Assembly: GCA_002104905.1 (NCBI GenBank)
Contig: MCFE01000138.1
Coordinates: forward strand, 93,486-157,485
DNA length: 64,000 nt
Reading direction: 5' to 3'
Origin: Basidiobolus meristosporus CBS 931.73
Taxonomy: Eukaryota > Fungi > Basidiobolomycota
Shown here: piece after piece, positions 50,769-63,025 of the stretch
How the letters are laid out: each line of letters opens with the position of its first letter
Numbering within the stretch: position 1 is the stretch's first letter
The notes under the pieces: model-generated
Seen by the model: only the letters and a program-made list of their open reading frames with translations
Databases searched by the model: none
Told to the model about the DNA's origin: nothing
Made by a program: the position numbers and the translations under genes

Positions 50769-52189
50769 AGCCTTCTGAGTTTGACTTTCAAATAAGTTAA
50801 CAGTTGGGTAGAGTGGCATCTTTCTGTATCTCAAGCTTCTGGAGAACTGATTAGTTGAAGGCTTCAGTAGTGGGTCACTGCTGATGATTTCTATCCATGT
50901 CTTTTGGAGCCTAGTGTAGACATGGGCATCTTCAAGTAATTGCGAGATGGCAAGGTTATTGAAGACTTGGGGAACGCGTGAGGCTGGCAACAGAGCAACG
51001 AAAACCAAGCGCACTGGAGCAGTCTGAGTGGATGGTCATCAGTAGGCGCTACAACAAAGTGAGACTATCGACTTACTCTTTTCCTATTTTATGCAAAGTT
51101 GTGTGCCCGCTTAAACATTCAATTATGAATTTGATTTTAATGATCAGAAAACTGTAATCGTAATCAAACAAGTATGTCATTTTGCAAACAAAATTTTAAG
51201 TATTTTTCTTTTCTTTACTTGCTGGTTTTCAATATGAATATGTAGCGAGAGAGATTGGTATTTTGATTTGATTTTTCAATGATAGTTGGGTAACAACAAG
51301 CTGTCAGAATGTGCAGACCGTCCTCGCCAGGCTGTTGGAATAATCAGCCGGCAAGTTCATCAACTGAACAGGTCCTATGGTCCCGAAAGACCGATCGGTC
51401 ACTGCTCACACTTCCCTTTACGGACAGCGCACTACATGTCATCTACCAGCTTGGTATTAGTGTCTTTGTTGGGAAACAAAGACTGGGAATGTACTATATA
51501 CATAATCCTGTAAAGTACAGTCGTAACGATACCAAACAACAGATGCTTCCTATTTATAGGAGAAAAATCGATAAAAATTTTCACTCATTTGGTGGACAAA
51601 TCCCATAATATTGAAATCGACGAAAATAACAGTATTATATATACTACTCCGGACCAGATTAATTGACTATGAAATAACTAACTACGTGAGAACAGTGCCA
51701 TTCCTGTGTGCACGCTTCAAGCCCTTGCTTGAAAAATCGTAGTATGAGTCGTTTTGCGTCTCACGAATAATGCAATCGTATGTTGACTTAAACCAAAAGT
51801 CACATTTACGCCCCCCAATATCGATGCAACTATTTACAGTTCGATGGAATGAGTACACAAACATTGAAACTGGCGCTAAATAGGGCTCACTGACATCTCA
51901 AGGTAGGAGCCCACCAGTTCTCCAAATGCGGTAGTTGATACACAATGCTGATTGAGCTTCTCTACCCGGCTATGTTGCATGCACTATTCACCCTTACACC
52001 AACCAAATGTAAAGTGTCCCTGTTCCTCCGGTGTGTGTCGTTGTGAGGTATTGCCAAATGTCGATTCTTTTTGGACTGGTACACTGTGTCTACCGTGGAT
52101 TGATAGTCTATGATACTGTGAGAGTAGGGTAGTCGCGCAAAGAGGGCTTATTTGTCTTGCATACTGATTATTCTCAGTTTAGGTTGATT

Positions 52190-52320
52190 TATCTGTTAGG
52201 CGCAATTGTCGGCACAATGAGTGTATTGAATATTTTGCTCTTTCATGCATTGTGTCACTATTACTGGGGCTGTGTACTGTGCATCTTGGGTGGGCTGCAT
52301 CAGAACGTAGGGACAATCTT
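52190..52320 (-). pseudogene. 3' remnant of family B (B7)
   Basis: CTTGGGTGGGCTGCATCAGAACGTAGGG matches B3/B4. Confidence 0.65.
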
Positions 52321-53045
52321 CCCATTTTTACATAGTATTTCCTTCTTCGGCAAGTGTCTCCTTAGTCTTTGAAGCTCAGCATCCTCTCTCATTAGATAAT
52401 ATGGCTTGCCAAATGACTGGCAAGGGAGCAGTCACGTCCCTGCGATAAATAAAATGAGTAGGGGAGAGTAAGAGTAGCTGTTCCATATCGATAGAATCAT
52501 AAAGGCAAAAAGCGAGAGATTGAAGTGATTGTAGACAAACATGACCTCAGGAAGAACTTCAAGCACGCTTAGGAACAACACAACTCGGTCAGAGCACATT
52601 CTAAAAGTTTGAATAGTCTAGTTTATCCGGCATCGAGCATATAAATATGGCTTACCTTACCTTATCCATGTTTTGACCTGATTGGGTGAATTATCATTGA
52701 AACAGTTGTTACGTACTTAAAGAGTAATGTCCTTTAGAGAGTACGAAAAGGGATAACGTGTATGTTATCTTGTAGATTCGACGGGGTAGTGTAAGAATAT
52801 CTCTTTAAAAGGTTGGGGTGGTGACTTTGTAGAAATATATTCAAGCTAATATTCGTTCCTACTACGCTTTTCTGCCTATAACCAAAACTCCCTTTTATTT
52901 AGTTGCTTGTTTGGTATTTATACCTTATTGTGAGTCTGGTGATTTGTCTTTGATTTGCTTTTCCCTGGCTACTAAGTCGTCTTTGTATGCGTTGATGTCA
53001 GTTAACATCGAGTGCCTCTTTACTCTGTAACACAGTGTCCAAATT

Positions 53046-53127
53046 GTTGAGGTAGCCGGGTGGTCTGAGGCGCTGCGTTCAGGCCGCAGTCTCTTCGGAG
53101 GCGTGGGTTCGAACCCCGCCCTCATCA
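53046..53127 (+). tRNA. tRNA-Leu(CAG): tRNA-Leu(CAG) duplicate, probably a pseudogene
   Basis: Six differences from 24646-24727, including a G2>T acceptor mismatch and A>G at two conserved D-arm adenines; the flanks are homologous. Confidence 0.8.
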
Positions 53128-53444
53128 TCTGTTTTACCAAAAAATAATGGCAGCAACTATAAGAGGAAGTATCACATTCCTAACAGTTATTGAGCAGTCT
53201 AACCATTTCGAGTACGGTGACACCAAGATCAATCCATTAACAGTGATATGGTTATGTTCGGCTAGAAGCGCTGCCAGTTGAATATAACGATACATTATAT
53301 TTGACCCCTCCTACATCATAGGCTCCAGTGGAGGATAGAGTTATTAAACCCTGAGGCTTAGTAGTTAAGTATGTAAGCAAGCATGCAGTACTAGCGCTTG
53401 CAGTTGTTATGTTGACTATTTTGCTCTGCTCAATGTTCTACACA

Positions 53445-53900
53445 TTATGTCGCTACTACAGGGGTTTTATATTGTACATCCTGAGAGGACTGCGTCAGAA
53501 CGTAGGGATATGAAGAACTATCGCCCGAGTTTTCCGTTCCCCTTTGCTTAGCATATTCTAATGTGTTGGCCCCACCCTCCAGTTCGAGACTAGGTCCTGC
53601 TTGATACTTGACGCTGAAGTCTTCATTGCTGTTGGCATTAGCAATGCTCAGGCTATGATACTTTTCGGTCACGGTGGTGATAACCTGGCGTAATAACAGT
53701 AATTGGACATTCGACATCCTAACGACAGGTAATACTCGGGCGTTTTGGTAGCAATCCTTGGCTTGTTGTGCATATGGTGAGCTATGATAATGGTCCTTTA
53801 TATACTCAAGAGTGCATAGGGAAGAACAGCCGCTTGGGGCAGCAACAGTCACTTAATTCGTGGCAAGGCTTAGAATCACTGCTACGGTAGTAAAGCGCAT
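53445..53900 (-). pseudogene. Family B copy B6, CAA>TAA in the signal peptide
   Basis: ATG at 53900, MRFTTVAVILSLATN*; the remainder is open and collinear with B3. Confidence 0.8.
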
Positions 53901-54383
53901 GCCGAAGAATAGCTAGGCAATATGAAAATTGCACAGGCCACTATGTACTATAGGATGCTATATAACAAGTTTTAACCGAGGGCAATGGCGGAAATACTGA
54001 TGGTAATAGAAGTGGTTTCAGCAATTGCAGCAATGTAAATGGTGAAGATGATTTGTGTGCTTATGGCACTGGTCATGGTGGAGCTGGCAACGGTGGGATA
54101 ACAAAAATAACGGTAGCAGCAACGGTGAGAATAGCACCTGAATGCCAACCACTATATGACGTTTGAGTACATGTAGCCTTACCACAGTATCAGCAACTTG
54201 CTTAGCATGCTGATGACTCAAATACGGACTGCTTGGGTGTTTACCTTGCCCCACCGCGTGCACACATGGCCAAGAAACGTCAATACGGAAATTCACTCTG
54301 GCTAAACATGTGGGTTGAACAAGCCTGATGACAGCATCAGGCTCTTTATTTAATTATCCAAGAGTGATATGTTGCTTATCCCA

Positions 54384-54587
54384 TCACGCGTTTCTCCAAA
54401 CGGTGACTACCTTGCTGGCAATCATCGCCGACCGTGAGCTACCGACAGGCATGTCCCAGATACTCTCGAAAGTGTGGTATGGTCCTGCTGAGCTGTTGTT
54501 GCTCCAGGAGAAGTTTCTTCCTTCGTAGTCTTCATTTCCTTCGTCTGAGTCCTTCACCCGATCGTAGAGCCAGCTTGCAAAAGACAT
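54384..54587 (-). CDS. Family F small non-secreted orphan protein F1 (67 aa)
   Basis: TATAAAAAG about 40 bp upstream, ACACCATG start, AATAAA about 35 bp downstream; duplicated at 56716-56919. Confidence 0.6.
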   Translation of the reverse strand: MSFASWLYDRVKDSDEGNEDYEGRNFSWSNNSSAGPYHTFESIWDMPVGSSRSAMIASKVVTVWRNA

Positions 54588-56715
54588 GGTGTATTCTTGC
54601 CAATATCCAGGCGTTGGCTAATCTTTTTATACGTGGAAATTATCCTGGTCACACTTGCTTGTGCTACTATGTGTTGCTCTTTTGCTACTGCTGTGCCATG
54701 CCTCTGAAGCCACCAAGCATAGCCCATCCAAAAGCCGTAATAGTTGTAGTTGCACTTCTAAATTATCACTGCCATCTATTTCAGGATCTAGCTGGTTCCA
54801 ACCAAGATCCGCCCTAACAGTTTTTGTAGCAATATAGTTTAATCTAGCGTATTGCATATCCCGGATTGATGCTGTCAAGATAGATACTCTATGTGGCTTA
54901 GACCTTATCAAAGTGCCACACTGGTTTGATGCTCATCATCATGCTTGGCTCACTTGCAATACATGCGTAAGGATTGATGCTTGAGAATTACATGTATATC
55001 AGATATTCGATAGAGATGTCATATAGACTTACTTAATCCAGCACGTGCCCATTGATGCCATAGCCATGAGTAGTCTTTCTAGACTTGCTCTACACTGAAT
55101 CCAGAGCCTGTAGAGCTTCAGCTGTTTGTAATTTATTCTCAATTCCGGACCCTGTGCAACCTATCACTGTACGGGTTGCCCAGGAGTATCTCAAATAACG
55201 CATGTTGCTGCTAACCCCTAAACTCAAGAATCTGCGAAGCAAACTCTTCAAGGGTGGTTGACAGTGTTGAAAGTTTTTTGATTTTCGCTGACATTCAGAT
55301 TGGGCTTGGGTTGATGTCTACACATATTGCTACTCGGATGATTGATGATGAAAGGAATCATACAAATATCCGTGAAGCCGTGCAATTTTCTAAGAAGCCT
55401 AAGGAGAATCATAAGCAGACCTCCCGGCTGATCAAGAAATACTGCGAATGACAGGTCTGAGATAACGGCTAATTTGGCACACCAAAATCCGATTTCCCAT
55501 CGATATTTAAAAACAAATTTACATATGTAGGATTATCAAGCACACACATTTCAATTCTTCGATGTAGATATCTTGAATCGAAAGCTTGCTAACCCTATAA
55601 AGTAATACAGCCAGTACGAAATGACGTATTTAGGAACAACAGATTTTGTCGAAAATTCACTCAATTTTATCCTAAAAAACCTTTGGACCATTACCCATAT
55701 CCGGATAGAATCTGGTTAGTACGTTCATCAAGTGCCAGGTTTTTTATTACGCATCACTGTATAATGGGCTAAACCTTTCGTATAAGCTGATGTATTTGAC
55801 TTGGGCTTTACTGAGCAATTCCTCTAAGGGAAAGTTGTGTTTTCGAAAGGCTTTGGATTATTACCAATCATGGCATGGTGGCTCATCCGTAGTAAACAAT
55901 AACATCCTCTGAGCCAGCTGGTATACTCATAGCAATGGCTGTGACATTCAAATGGACAAAGCCGCATGCTTCAAGATTTTTTGCTTATTCCGAGGCAGGA
56001 TGGAGCTTCATCAATGCACAAGTTGGTATCAATTAGAGGCATGAATGGGTGACTGAATATGTAGTGATCAGATAGTTGTTGCAACCAAATTCACAATCGA
56101 CTACAAATCCTACCAGCTGGGAAAGGGCAAGAACCCCAACTAAACTGTCCATCGTTGACGAAGACTTCACATCAATGTCCGTGAATCCTTCGTGAGCCTA
56201 CAAGAGAATTGTGTTGATATCATCAGTATTCATATGTGGGATCATACAGCCTCCATGGACACACCATATCCACGATACTCTAGCATGGGTGTTTAGCACT
56301 GCAAATTATCCGGCAAGACACCTTTCAGTATTTGCCAGGGATGATGGAATATTCTACACTGGGATTTTGATTTGCGGCAATGTAAATGGTGAAGATGATT
56401 TGTGTGTTTATGGCACTGGTCACGGTGGGATAACAAAAATAACGGTAGCAGCAACGGTGAGAATAGCACCTGAATGCCAACCACTATATGACGTTTGAGT
56501 ACATGTAGCCTTACCACAGTATCAGCAACTTGCTTAGCATGCTGATGACTCAAATACGGACTGCTTGAGTGCTCACCTTGCCACAATGCATGCACACATG
56601 GCCAAGAAATGTCAATGCGGAAATTCACTCTGGCTAAACATGTGGGTTGAACAAGCCTGATGACAGCATCAGGCTCTTTATTTAATTATCCAAGAGTGAT
56701 ATGTTGCTTATCCCA

Positions 56716-56919
56716 TCACGCGTTTCTCCAAACGGTGACTACCTTGCTAGCAATTGTTGCTGGACGTGAGCTACCGACAGGCATGTCCCAGATTTTCTCG
56801 TAGCTGTAGTATGGTCCTGCAGGGCTGTTGTTGCTCCAGGAGAAGTTTCTTCCTTCGTAGTCTTCATTTCCTTCGTCTGAGTCCTTCACCCGATCGTAGA
56901 GCCAGCTTGCAAAAGACAT
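56716..56919 (-). CDS. Family F copy F2 (67 aa), within a duplicate of about 0.92 kb (54030-54958 versus 56378-57290)
   Basis: Same promoter and length; seven amino-acid changes and no stops or frameshifts. Confidence 0.6.
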   Translation of the reverse strand: MSFASWLYDRVKDSDEGNEDYEGRNFSWSNNSPAGPYYSYEKIWDMPVGSSRPATIASKVVTVWRNA

Positions 56920-57847
56920 GGTGTATTCTTGCCAATATCCAGGCGTTGGCTAATCTTTTTATACGTGGAAATTATCCTGGTCACACTTGCTTGTGCTACT
57001 ATGTGTTGCTCTTTTGCTACTGCTGTGCCATGCCTCTGAAGCCACCAAGCATAGCCCATCCAAAAGCCGTAATAGTTGTAGTTGCACTTCTAAATTATCA
57101 CTGCCATCTATTTCAGGATCTAGCTGGTTCCAACCAAGATCCGCCCTAACAGTTTTTGTAGCAATATAGTTTAATCTAGCGTATTGCATATCCCGGATTG
57201 ATGCTGGCAAGATAGATACTCTATGTGGCTTAGACCTTATCAAAGTGCTATATTGGCTTGATGCTCATATTACGCTTCCGCTCACTTGCGAGAGATTCTG
57301 GCATATGATAATATGATTAGCTGGTTTGTTCAATCTGGTGTTGATGATTAATCTGCCTAATAATCGTCAGCAACTATATATCACTACAAAAATCCCAACT
57401 CCAGAATTGTAATATTTCAGCCCAAGATATGATGGTATTCAGTTAATACACTGATACATTGTGAATCTTTTCACACGGCTGCGTTTTTGAGCTCTCATGG
57501 TTTTGAAAATAGTTACAATCTATGCGTAGATATCAAATACATACCATGCATAGTAGGACCTGCCATGATGGATTATAACTAGCTCTTAAAGTGACTGTAA
57601 CTGCCCTAGCGCAAAATTCTCCTTTGAAGCAAGTTAATAAAGTTAAAGATAAGCTATATATAATAAGTCAGCTCTCAACATTGTCTTTCAGGGATATATA
57701 CTGAAATGTTCTCTTGATTCCTAGAATAAGTGATAATAGCTACTTTATAAAATGCGTAGTAAGCAGTCTTAAGGGTATTGCAGAGTGTGGTGCTGGTTTT
57801 TGGCGGGTTTTGGAGCTATTTGAAATGACCAGGGGGGACATTGCCTG

Positions 57848-59442
57848 TAGGAGGGAGAAAGTCACCAATTGGTGAAATCTTTATTTTGGTTGAAACAAAG
57901 AAGCCAGTGCTACTGTTGTAGCCTTCATACAAGGATGGGTAGCTGAGGGGAATTGGTAGGTAAGTTAATAGGGAGAAATGATAGCTCTTCAGTGCTCAAG
58001 ATACTGCTCAGTGGGCAGGGGTGTAGCAAGAGACATGAGAATAGTTTATGAACAAAACTAATAAGGGGAATATGATATGGATTGATACAGATCATAAAGA
58101 GAGTGTGCTACTTAAGATATTACTGCCAAAGGTCTGTCAAGTATTTAGCTATGCCAACTTGGGTTTTTCTGACTACAGTATATATTGAGCAAACTACTTT
58201 AAATTAGAATCTCCAAGTATAGTTCTCCAGCAGGAGCCAGGTGTAGTGTGGTCAGTGCACTTTCAGACCTTGATCAGTGGGTTGTTGCAGTGGTGAAGGC
58301 TGAGATAGATTCTGGCTCTAAGGTAGAGAAGTTTCATCTTGTAGGGCATAAACCTAAAAGCATCAATAATAGCATATCTGTAGGGGCTGTTGTGCATCAA
58401 CATTTAAAACTTAGCCAATTTTACTCCATCTGAAAATCTAGTACCCTAACTGATTTTCCCTAACCCAAACATAACAAATCCCAGTTACAGTTTATTTTAT
58501 CCCACCTCAGAATCTATCTTTAGCTATCACACCTGATCTATTTTCAAATGGCCACTACATTATCAACCTATCTGCCAAGCCTTCCCAGGTGATTAGTCAT
58601 CTGAGATCTATCCAACCACTGTGCAGTTGCCAAGACATCAGTTGATTGATGATGTAATTTGCATTTATCTTATGCACCTTTGAACACCCAAATTGATTTC
58701 AATCAATCTAGTCCCTTGGCGCTTACTAATTCACCTTGATCAGAAAAGTATAAATAAAGTTTACTGAACCTTTTGGTTTAGTGTGTGTCTCAACAAAATT
58801 AAGATTCTGTCTCAGCAAAAATAAGAATCCAACAATTCAGTTCTAGTTTCTATCCAAGCCTAGTATATCTAGCACTCCAAAGAACACCAAGCCTAGCCTG
58901 CCTAGCAAACAAATATCATTGTCTTTATAGCCAACCCAGCTTATCCAAGACCAATATTAGATCAGAATCTTTCTGCTAATATTTCCGCCACTCTATGACA
59001 GTTGTAAGATTCTGCACTTAATTGTCCCTTTGGTTCAGTTAAACCATTCAAGAGTTTTATCACACTTTCTCTTGGATACAACAGGGGCATTCAGGCAGAT
59101 GATGTAATGCACCAAATGGAAAACTTGTCAAGCATAGTGCAGTTGCTAGAAGTAAGAAAAAGGAGTGGTGAGCCAAATTCCAAGACAGGGAAGACAAACT
59201 GCATATGTAGAAGCTGGCAGTTGGGGGCTGAAGTTGTTGGAGGATTGACAGCAAGTAGCTTGTAGAGTGCTTGTCTTTCCAGGGTGATTCTCTTCTTCAG
59301 GTGTGCTCCAGAGTCTATTCCAGTAGGAAGGAGTGGAAAGCCATGATATGTAAAGAAACTTGAGCCAGTAGAGTGCAGCTCTCTAGGTATATTGGACTAC
59401 CCAGAGGCACTGTCTTGGCAATGGAAGTCTGAAGATGATTTG
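57848..59442 (-). mobile_element. Old, decayed copy of the telomeric non-LTR element (alpha subfamily), interrupted by a solo LTR
   Basis: Collinear with 61060-61960; 3' hairpin TCACCAATTGGTGA at about 57862; multiple stops. Confidence 0.85.
58388..59083 (+). mobile_element. Solo LTR (696 bp) with 5-bp TSD GGGGC, inside the old LINE
   Basis: TGTTGT...ACAACA; the empty site GTAGGGGCATTCAGG is visible at about 61588. Confidence 0.92.
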
Positions 59443-61047
59443 AGTTGTCCATCAACATTTAAAACTTAGCCAATTTTACTCCATTAGAAAATTTAGTACC
59501 CTAACTGATTTTCCCTGATCCAAACATAATTAATCCCAGTTATGGTTTATTTTATCTCATTTCAGTATCTATCATTAGCTATTACACCTGATCAGCTCTC
59601 ATATGGCTTTTATGTTATCAAGTTATCTGCCAAGCCTTCCCAGGTGATTAGTCAACTGAGATCTATCCAACAACTTAGCGGTTGCCAAGACATCAGCTGA
59701 TTAATGAAGCAGTTTTAATTTATCTTATGCACTTATCAGCACCCCTACAGATTTGAATTAGTCCAGTCTCTTTGGGCTTACTAATTCAACTTGTCTAGAA
59801 AAGTATAAATAAGGTTTCCTGAACCATTTGGTTTAGTGTGTGTCTCAACAAAATTAAGATTGTATCTCTGCAAAATCAAGAACTCAACAATTACCTTCTA
59901 GCTTCCAACAAGCCTAGAATATCTAGCACTCCCAAGAACACCAAGCCTAAGCTGCATAGCAAACCAACTTGTTTGCCTTTATAGCCAAACCCAGCTATAT
60001 ACAAGACCAATATTACACCAGAACCTCTCTGCTAAAACTTCTGCCACTCTCTGACAATTCTAAAATTCTGCACTTAGTTGTCCCTTGGGTTCAGTTTGAC
60101 TACTCAGGAGCTTTATTACACTTTTCTCTTTGATACAACACTTTCTTTAGTTGAGTCCATTACATTCTACTACTTTACCAGATATCCTCAGCAGCAAGTA
60201 ATCCAAATCTATCCATGTTGGAAGAAGCTCACAGAAATTGGCAAGTGCTTACTGTGCAAGTTGAGAGTATTGTGCATGAAAGAAACACCTTGATGCTTGA
60301 GCACTCAAAGCTTGCTTAGACAAGATCTGACAATCATTGCAGCAATGAACTCCTTAAAGCTATTTCTGGTTACCAAGATGCAATTGGTATTATCAAAGAA
60401 GCTCTAGAGAATGTTGCTTTAGTAATTGACAGCATTGACAATCTGCCAAGCCTTACTCTGCATCAGCCACCAAGAAGTCATGCCTTTTGATGCTCCAGAT
60501 ATATGTCTCCCACTAGACCTGCCCCAGTGGTTGTCCCAAGATGCTTGCCTCTTTAGGCTGAAGGAGCCAATGACATAAAGAATCCTAGTGAGTTTCTTTA
60601 CAAGTTTGGCCATGTCTTAGCTGTGCACCAGCTAAACCCCAACATCAATTGGGCTAGACTTCTGCCTCTCTGTTTCACCATGCAAGATGCTGACTGGGTT
60701 TAAGTGAGCATTCCTTTGAATTGTACATGGAAAGTTGCCCAGAACCTCTTTTGCAGCCATTTTGAAGATCCCCTCAAGGAAGCGCATCTAAACTGCAACT
60801 TATGGAAAACTAAAATGCAAAAAGATAAATCAGTGCAACACTTCTGTCATAGATTCCAGAGACAAATGAGATTAGCTGGAGTTAGTGATGCCAATCCATT
60901 GCTTACTTCTCATTTTCTTTCAAACTTTTCATACCAGCTAGAGAGCAAAATTGCCATTGTCAAAGCATGTAACCCTGCACACACTTATGACAAAATCTCA
61001 GAGATATGTACACTTGCAATCACAATGACTGCAACTGTTAGCCAGGC
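59443..61047 (+). mobile_element. Truncated LTR retrotransposon (probably Ty3/gypsy): 5' LTR 59443-60140 plus a decayed gag-like ORF cut off at 61047
   Basis: The LTR is homologous to the solo LTRs; EFLYKFGHVLAVHQLNPNINWARLLPLC..DWV..WK..F.SHF resembles fungal Ty3 Gag; it ends abruptly at TTAGGGTTAGGG. Confidence 0.75.
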
Positions 61048-61059
61048 TTAGGGTTAGGG
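61048..61059 (+). repeat. Interstitial (TTAGGG)2, a probable former chromosome end
   Basis: Joins the truncated gag directly to the 3' end of a LINE. Confidence 0.75.
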
Positions 61060-63015
61060 GGGAGACAGTCACCAACAGGTGAAATCTTTATTTCAGTTGA
61101 AACAAAGAAGCCAGCGCTACTGTTGTAGCTTTGATACAAGAGTGTGTAGCTGACGGGAATTTGTAGGTAAGTTGATAAGAAGTGATGATAGTTCTTCAGT
61201 GCTCAAGACACTGTTCAGTGGGAAGGGGGGTAGCAAGAGAGGTAAGAATGACTTGTGAACAACATTAATGAGGGGAATGTGATAAGGACTGATATACATC
61301 ATAAAGGCTGTGTGCTGCTGCAGATATTGCTGCCAAAGGTCTGTCAAGTACTTCAGGTAGGCCAGCTTGGGTTTTTCTGACTGCAGAATATAGTGAGCAA
61401 ACTTCTTGACTTCAGGATCTCCAGTATAGTTCTCCAGCAGGAGCCAGGTATTGGGTGGTGTGTTCTCTTCCAGGCCTTAATCAGTGGGTTGTTGCAGTTG
61501 TGAAGTCTGAGGTATAATATGGTTCTAAGGTAGAGAGGTCTGATCTTATAGGGCATAAACCCAAAAGCACCAAGAATAGCCTGTCTGTAGGGGCATTCAG
61601 GCAAATGAGGCACCAAGGAGGTAATGCACCATACTGCAAACTTGTCAAGCTTAGTGCAGTCTCTAGAAGTAAGAGAGAGAAGTGGTAAGCCAAATTCCAG
61701 GACAGGGAAGACAAACTGCTTGAGTAGAAGGAGGCAGCTGGGAGCTGAAGTTGTAGGAGGAGTAACAGCCAGTAGCTTGTGGAGTGCCTGTCTTGCTAGG
61801 ATAATTCTCTTCTTCAGGTGTGATCCAGAGTCTAGTCCAGTAGGAAGGAAAGGAAAGCCAAGATATGTAGCAGAAACCTGAGCAGGTAGAGTGGAGTTCT
61901 CCAAGCTGATGGGAGAGCCCAAAGGTACTGTCTTTGCAATGGAAAGCTGGAGATTATTCTTCTGCAGATACTGGTGGATGGTCTGGGAGTCTTGTTGCAA
62001 ATTGGAGGAGGATATTCTGATGTCATCAGCAAAGAGAGTAACCAGGCAGTCAGCTGAGAGTCTTGGGAAATCATTCAGGAAGATAGCAAACAGTATAGGA
62101 CCAAGCACAGAGCCTTGAACCACTCCATTAAGAACTGAGAACACAGCTGATTGCTCACTTGGGTACAGAATTCTTGCTTGTGGATCCAGAAACAGAGACC
62201 TGACAAGCAGGGTGAGAGAGGGACTGGAGAAGCATTGCAACTTGGACCAAAGAAGATTTCTGTCAACTGAATCAAAGGCCTTAGTAATATCAAACAGAAC
62301 AGAGGGATACTTGCACTGGAGAGAGTGATCTTGGCTAAGTATGATTGCATATTCTAAGGAGAGGCTAGGAACAAAGCCAAACTGTGCAGGGTGAAACTTG
62401 AGGGAGTCAGAGTAGAGCTCCTGAGTAAGCAGAAGCTCAAACACCTTTCTGCAGGTGGGCAGCAGAGATATTGGCTTGTAGGAGCTATGATCCAGGTGCT
62501 TTCCTTTACCCTTGTACAGTGGCAGAACATTTGCAAAGGACCATTCCCCAGGAGTAGAAAGCTGGGCTGAGCATTGCTGAAACAGTGGAAGCAGAAGTGC
62601 AGACATGGCCTTGGTACCAGTCTTCAGAAGCTCATAAGAGATTGTGTCCACACCAGGAGCAGTAGAGTTGGGAAGCCTCTTGAGCACATTATGGATTCTC
62701 CTTTGATCAAGTGCAAGTGGGATGGGCAGAGTCTTGAAGTCAGGATGAAAGCCAGGAGTTGAGTACTGCTTTGTAGAGAAGAAGATGTTAGCCAGCTGTT
62801 CTGTTGAAGGTAACTTCCTGGAAGAGGGCCTCATTGCCCTGTAGAGTCTTGATACTGCTCTTGTTATAGAGTTGGAAGATTGCAGAGGCAAGGAACTCAT
62901 AATATGATCCCAGAGCTGAGTATGCAGAGTGTGGTGAATTGCCTTGGAGTGGTGTATTGCTGTCAGGAGGAGTTTCTCTGTTTTTGGGTTAGGGAAACTC
63001 AGGTAGATTTGTTGC
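61060..63015 (-). mobile_element. 5'-truncated non-LTR retrotransposon (alpha) with a complete RT domain (ORF 61353-63041); a 1-bp frameshift near 61423 separates the true C-terminus, which ends at 61117
   Basis: RT motifs APGVDTISYELLK, PLYKGKG, YKPISLL, QFGF, FDITKAFDSV, GVVQGSVLGPILF, FADD, YLG. The frameshift is inferred from the older copy (ATACTTGGAGAT versus ATACTGGAGAT). Confidence 0.93.
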
Positions 63016-63025
63016 AGGGTTAGGG

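Larger units (their letters stand above)
45860..52320 (+). repeat. Direct segmental duplicate of about 25950-35270, with the defensin array replaced by a TE remnant and family E duplicated
   Basis: 45.86-49.84 kb is collinear with 25.95-29.12 kb; 50.79-52.32 kb is collinear with 33.72-35.27 kb. Confidence 0.85.

Noticed and set aside
10950-53855. Alternative genetic code (TAA/TAG = Gln), suggested by many in-frame stops aligning with Gln in paralogs
   Set aside because: TAA aligns with TGA at the HSP31 C-termini, intact B/C genes end in TAA/TAG, other stops align with Glu, Tyr, Trp, Ser or Lys, and several of the same copies also carry frameshifts. Simple C>T changes in Gln-rich genes explain the pattern.
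7447-53900. Classical RIP (CpA>TpA) acting on duplicated genes
   Set aside because: Gln-codon stops are an ascertainment bias; recent duplicates remain nearly identical and CpA-rich, and depletion is at CpG in TEs. A computed spectrum would be needed to support RIP.
54655-54837. Plus-strand ORF MLVLLCVALLLLLCHASEA (also at 56987) as a secreted peptide
   Set aside because: It starts at TTG with no ATG and lies antisense over the F promoter; identity between the copies reflects recent duplication.
61060-63015. Calling the telomeric element endonuclease-less or Penelope-like
   Set aside because: The RT motifs are LINE-type, not PLE, and the N-terminus where an APE domain would lie is lost by truncation, so endonuclease status cannot be determined here.
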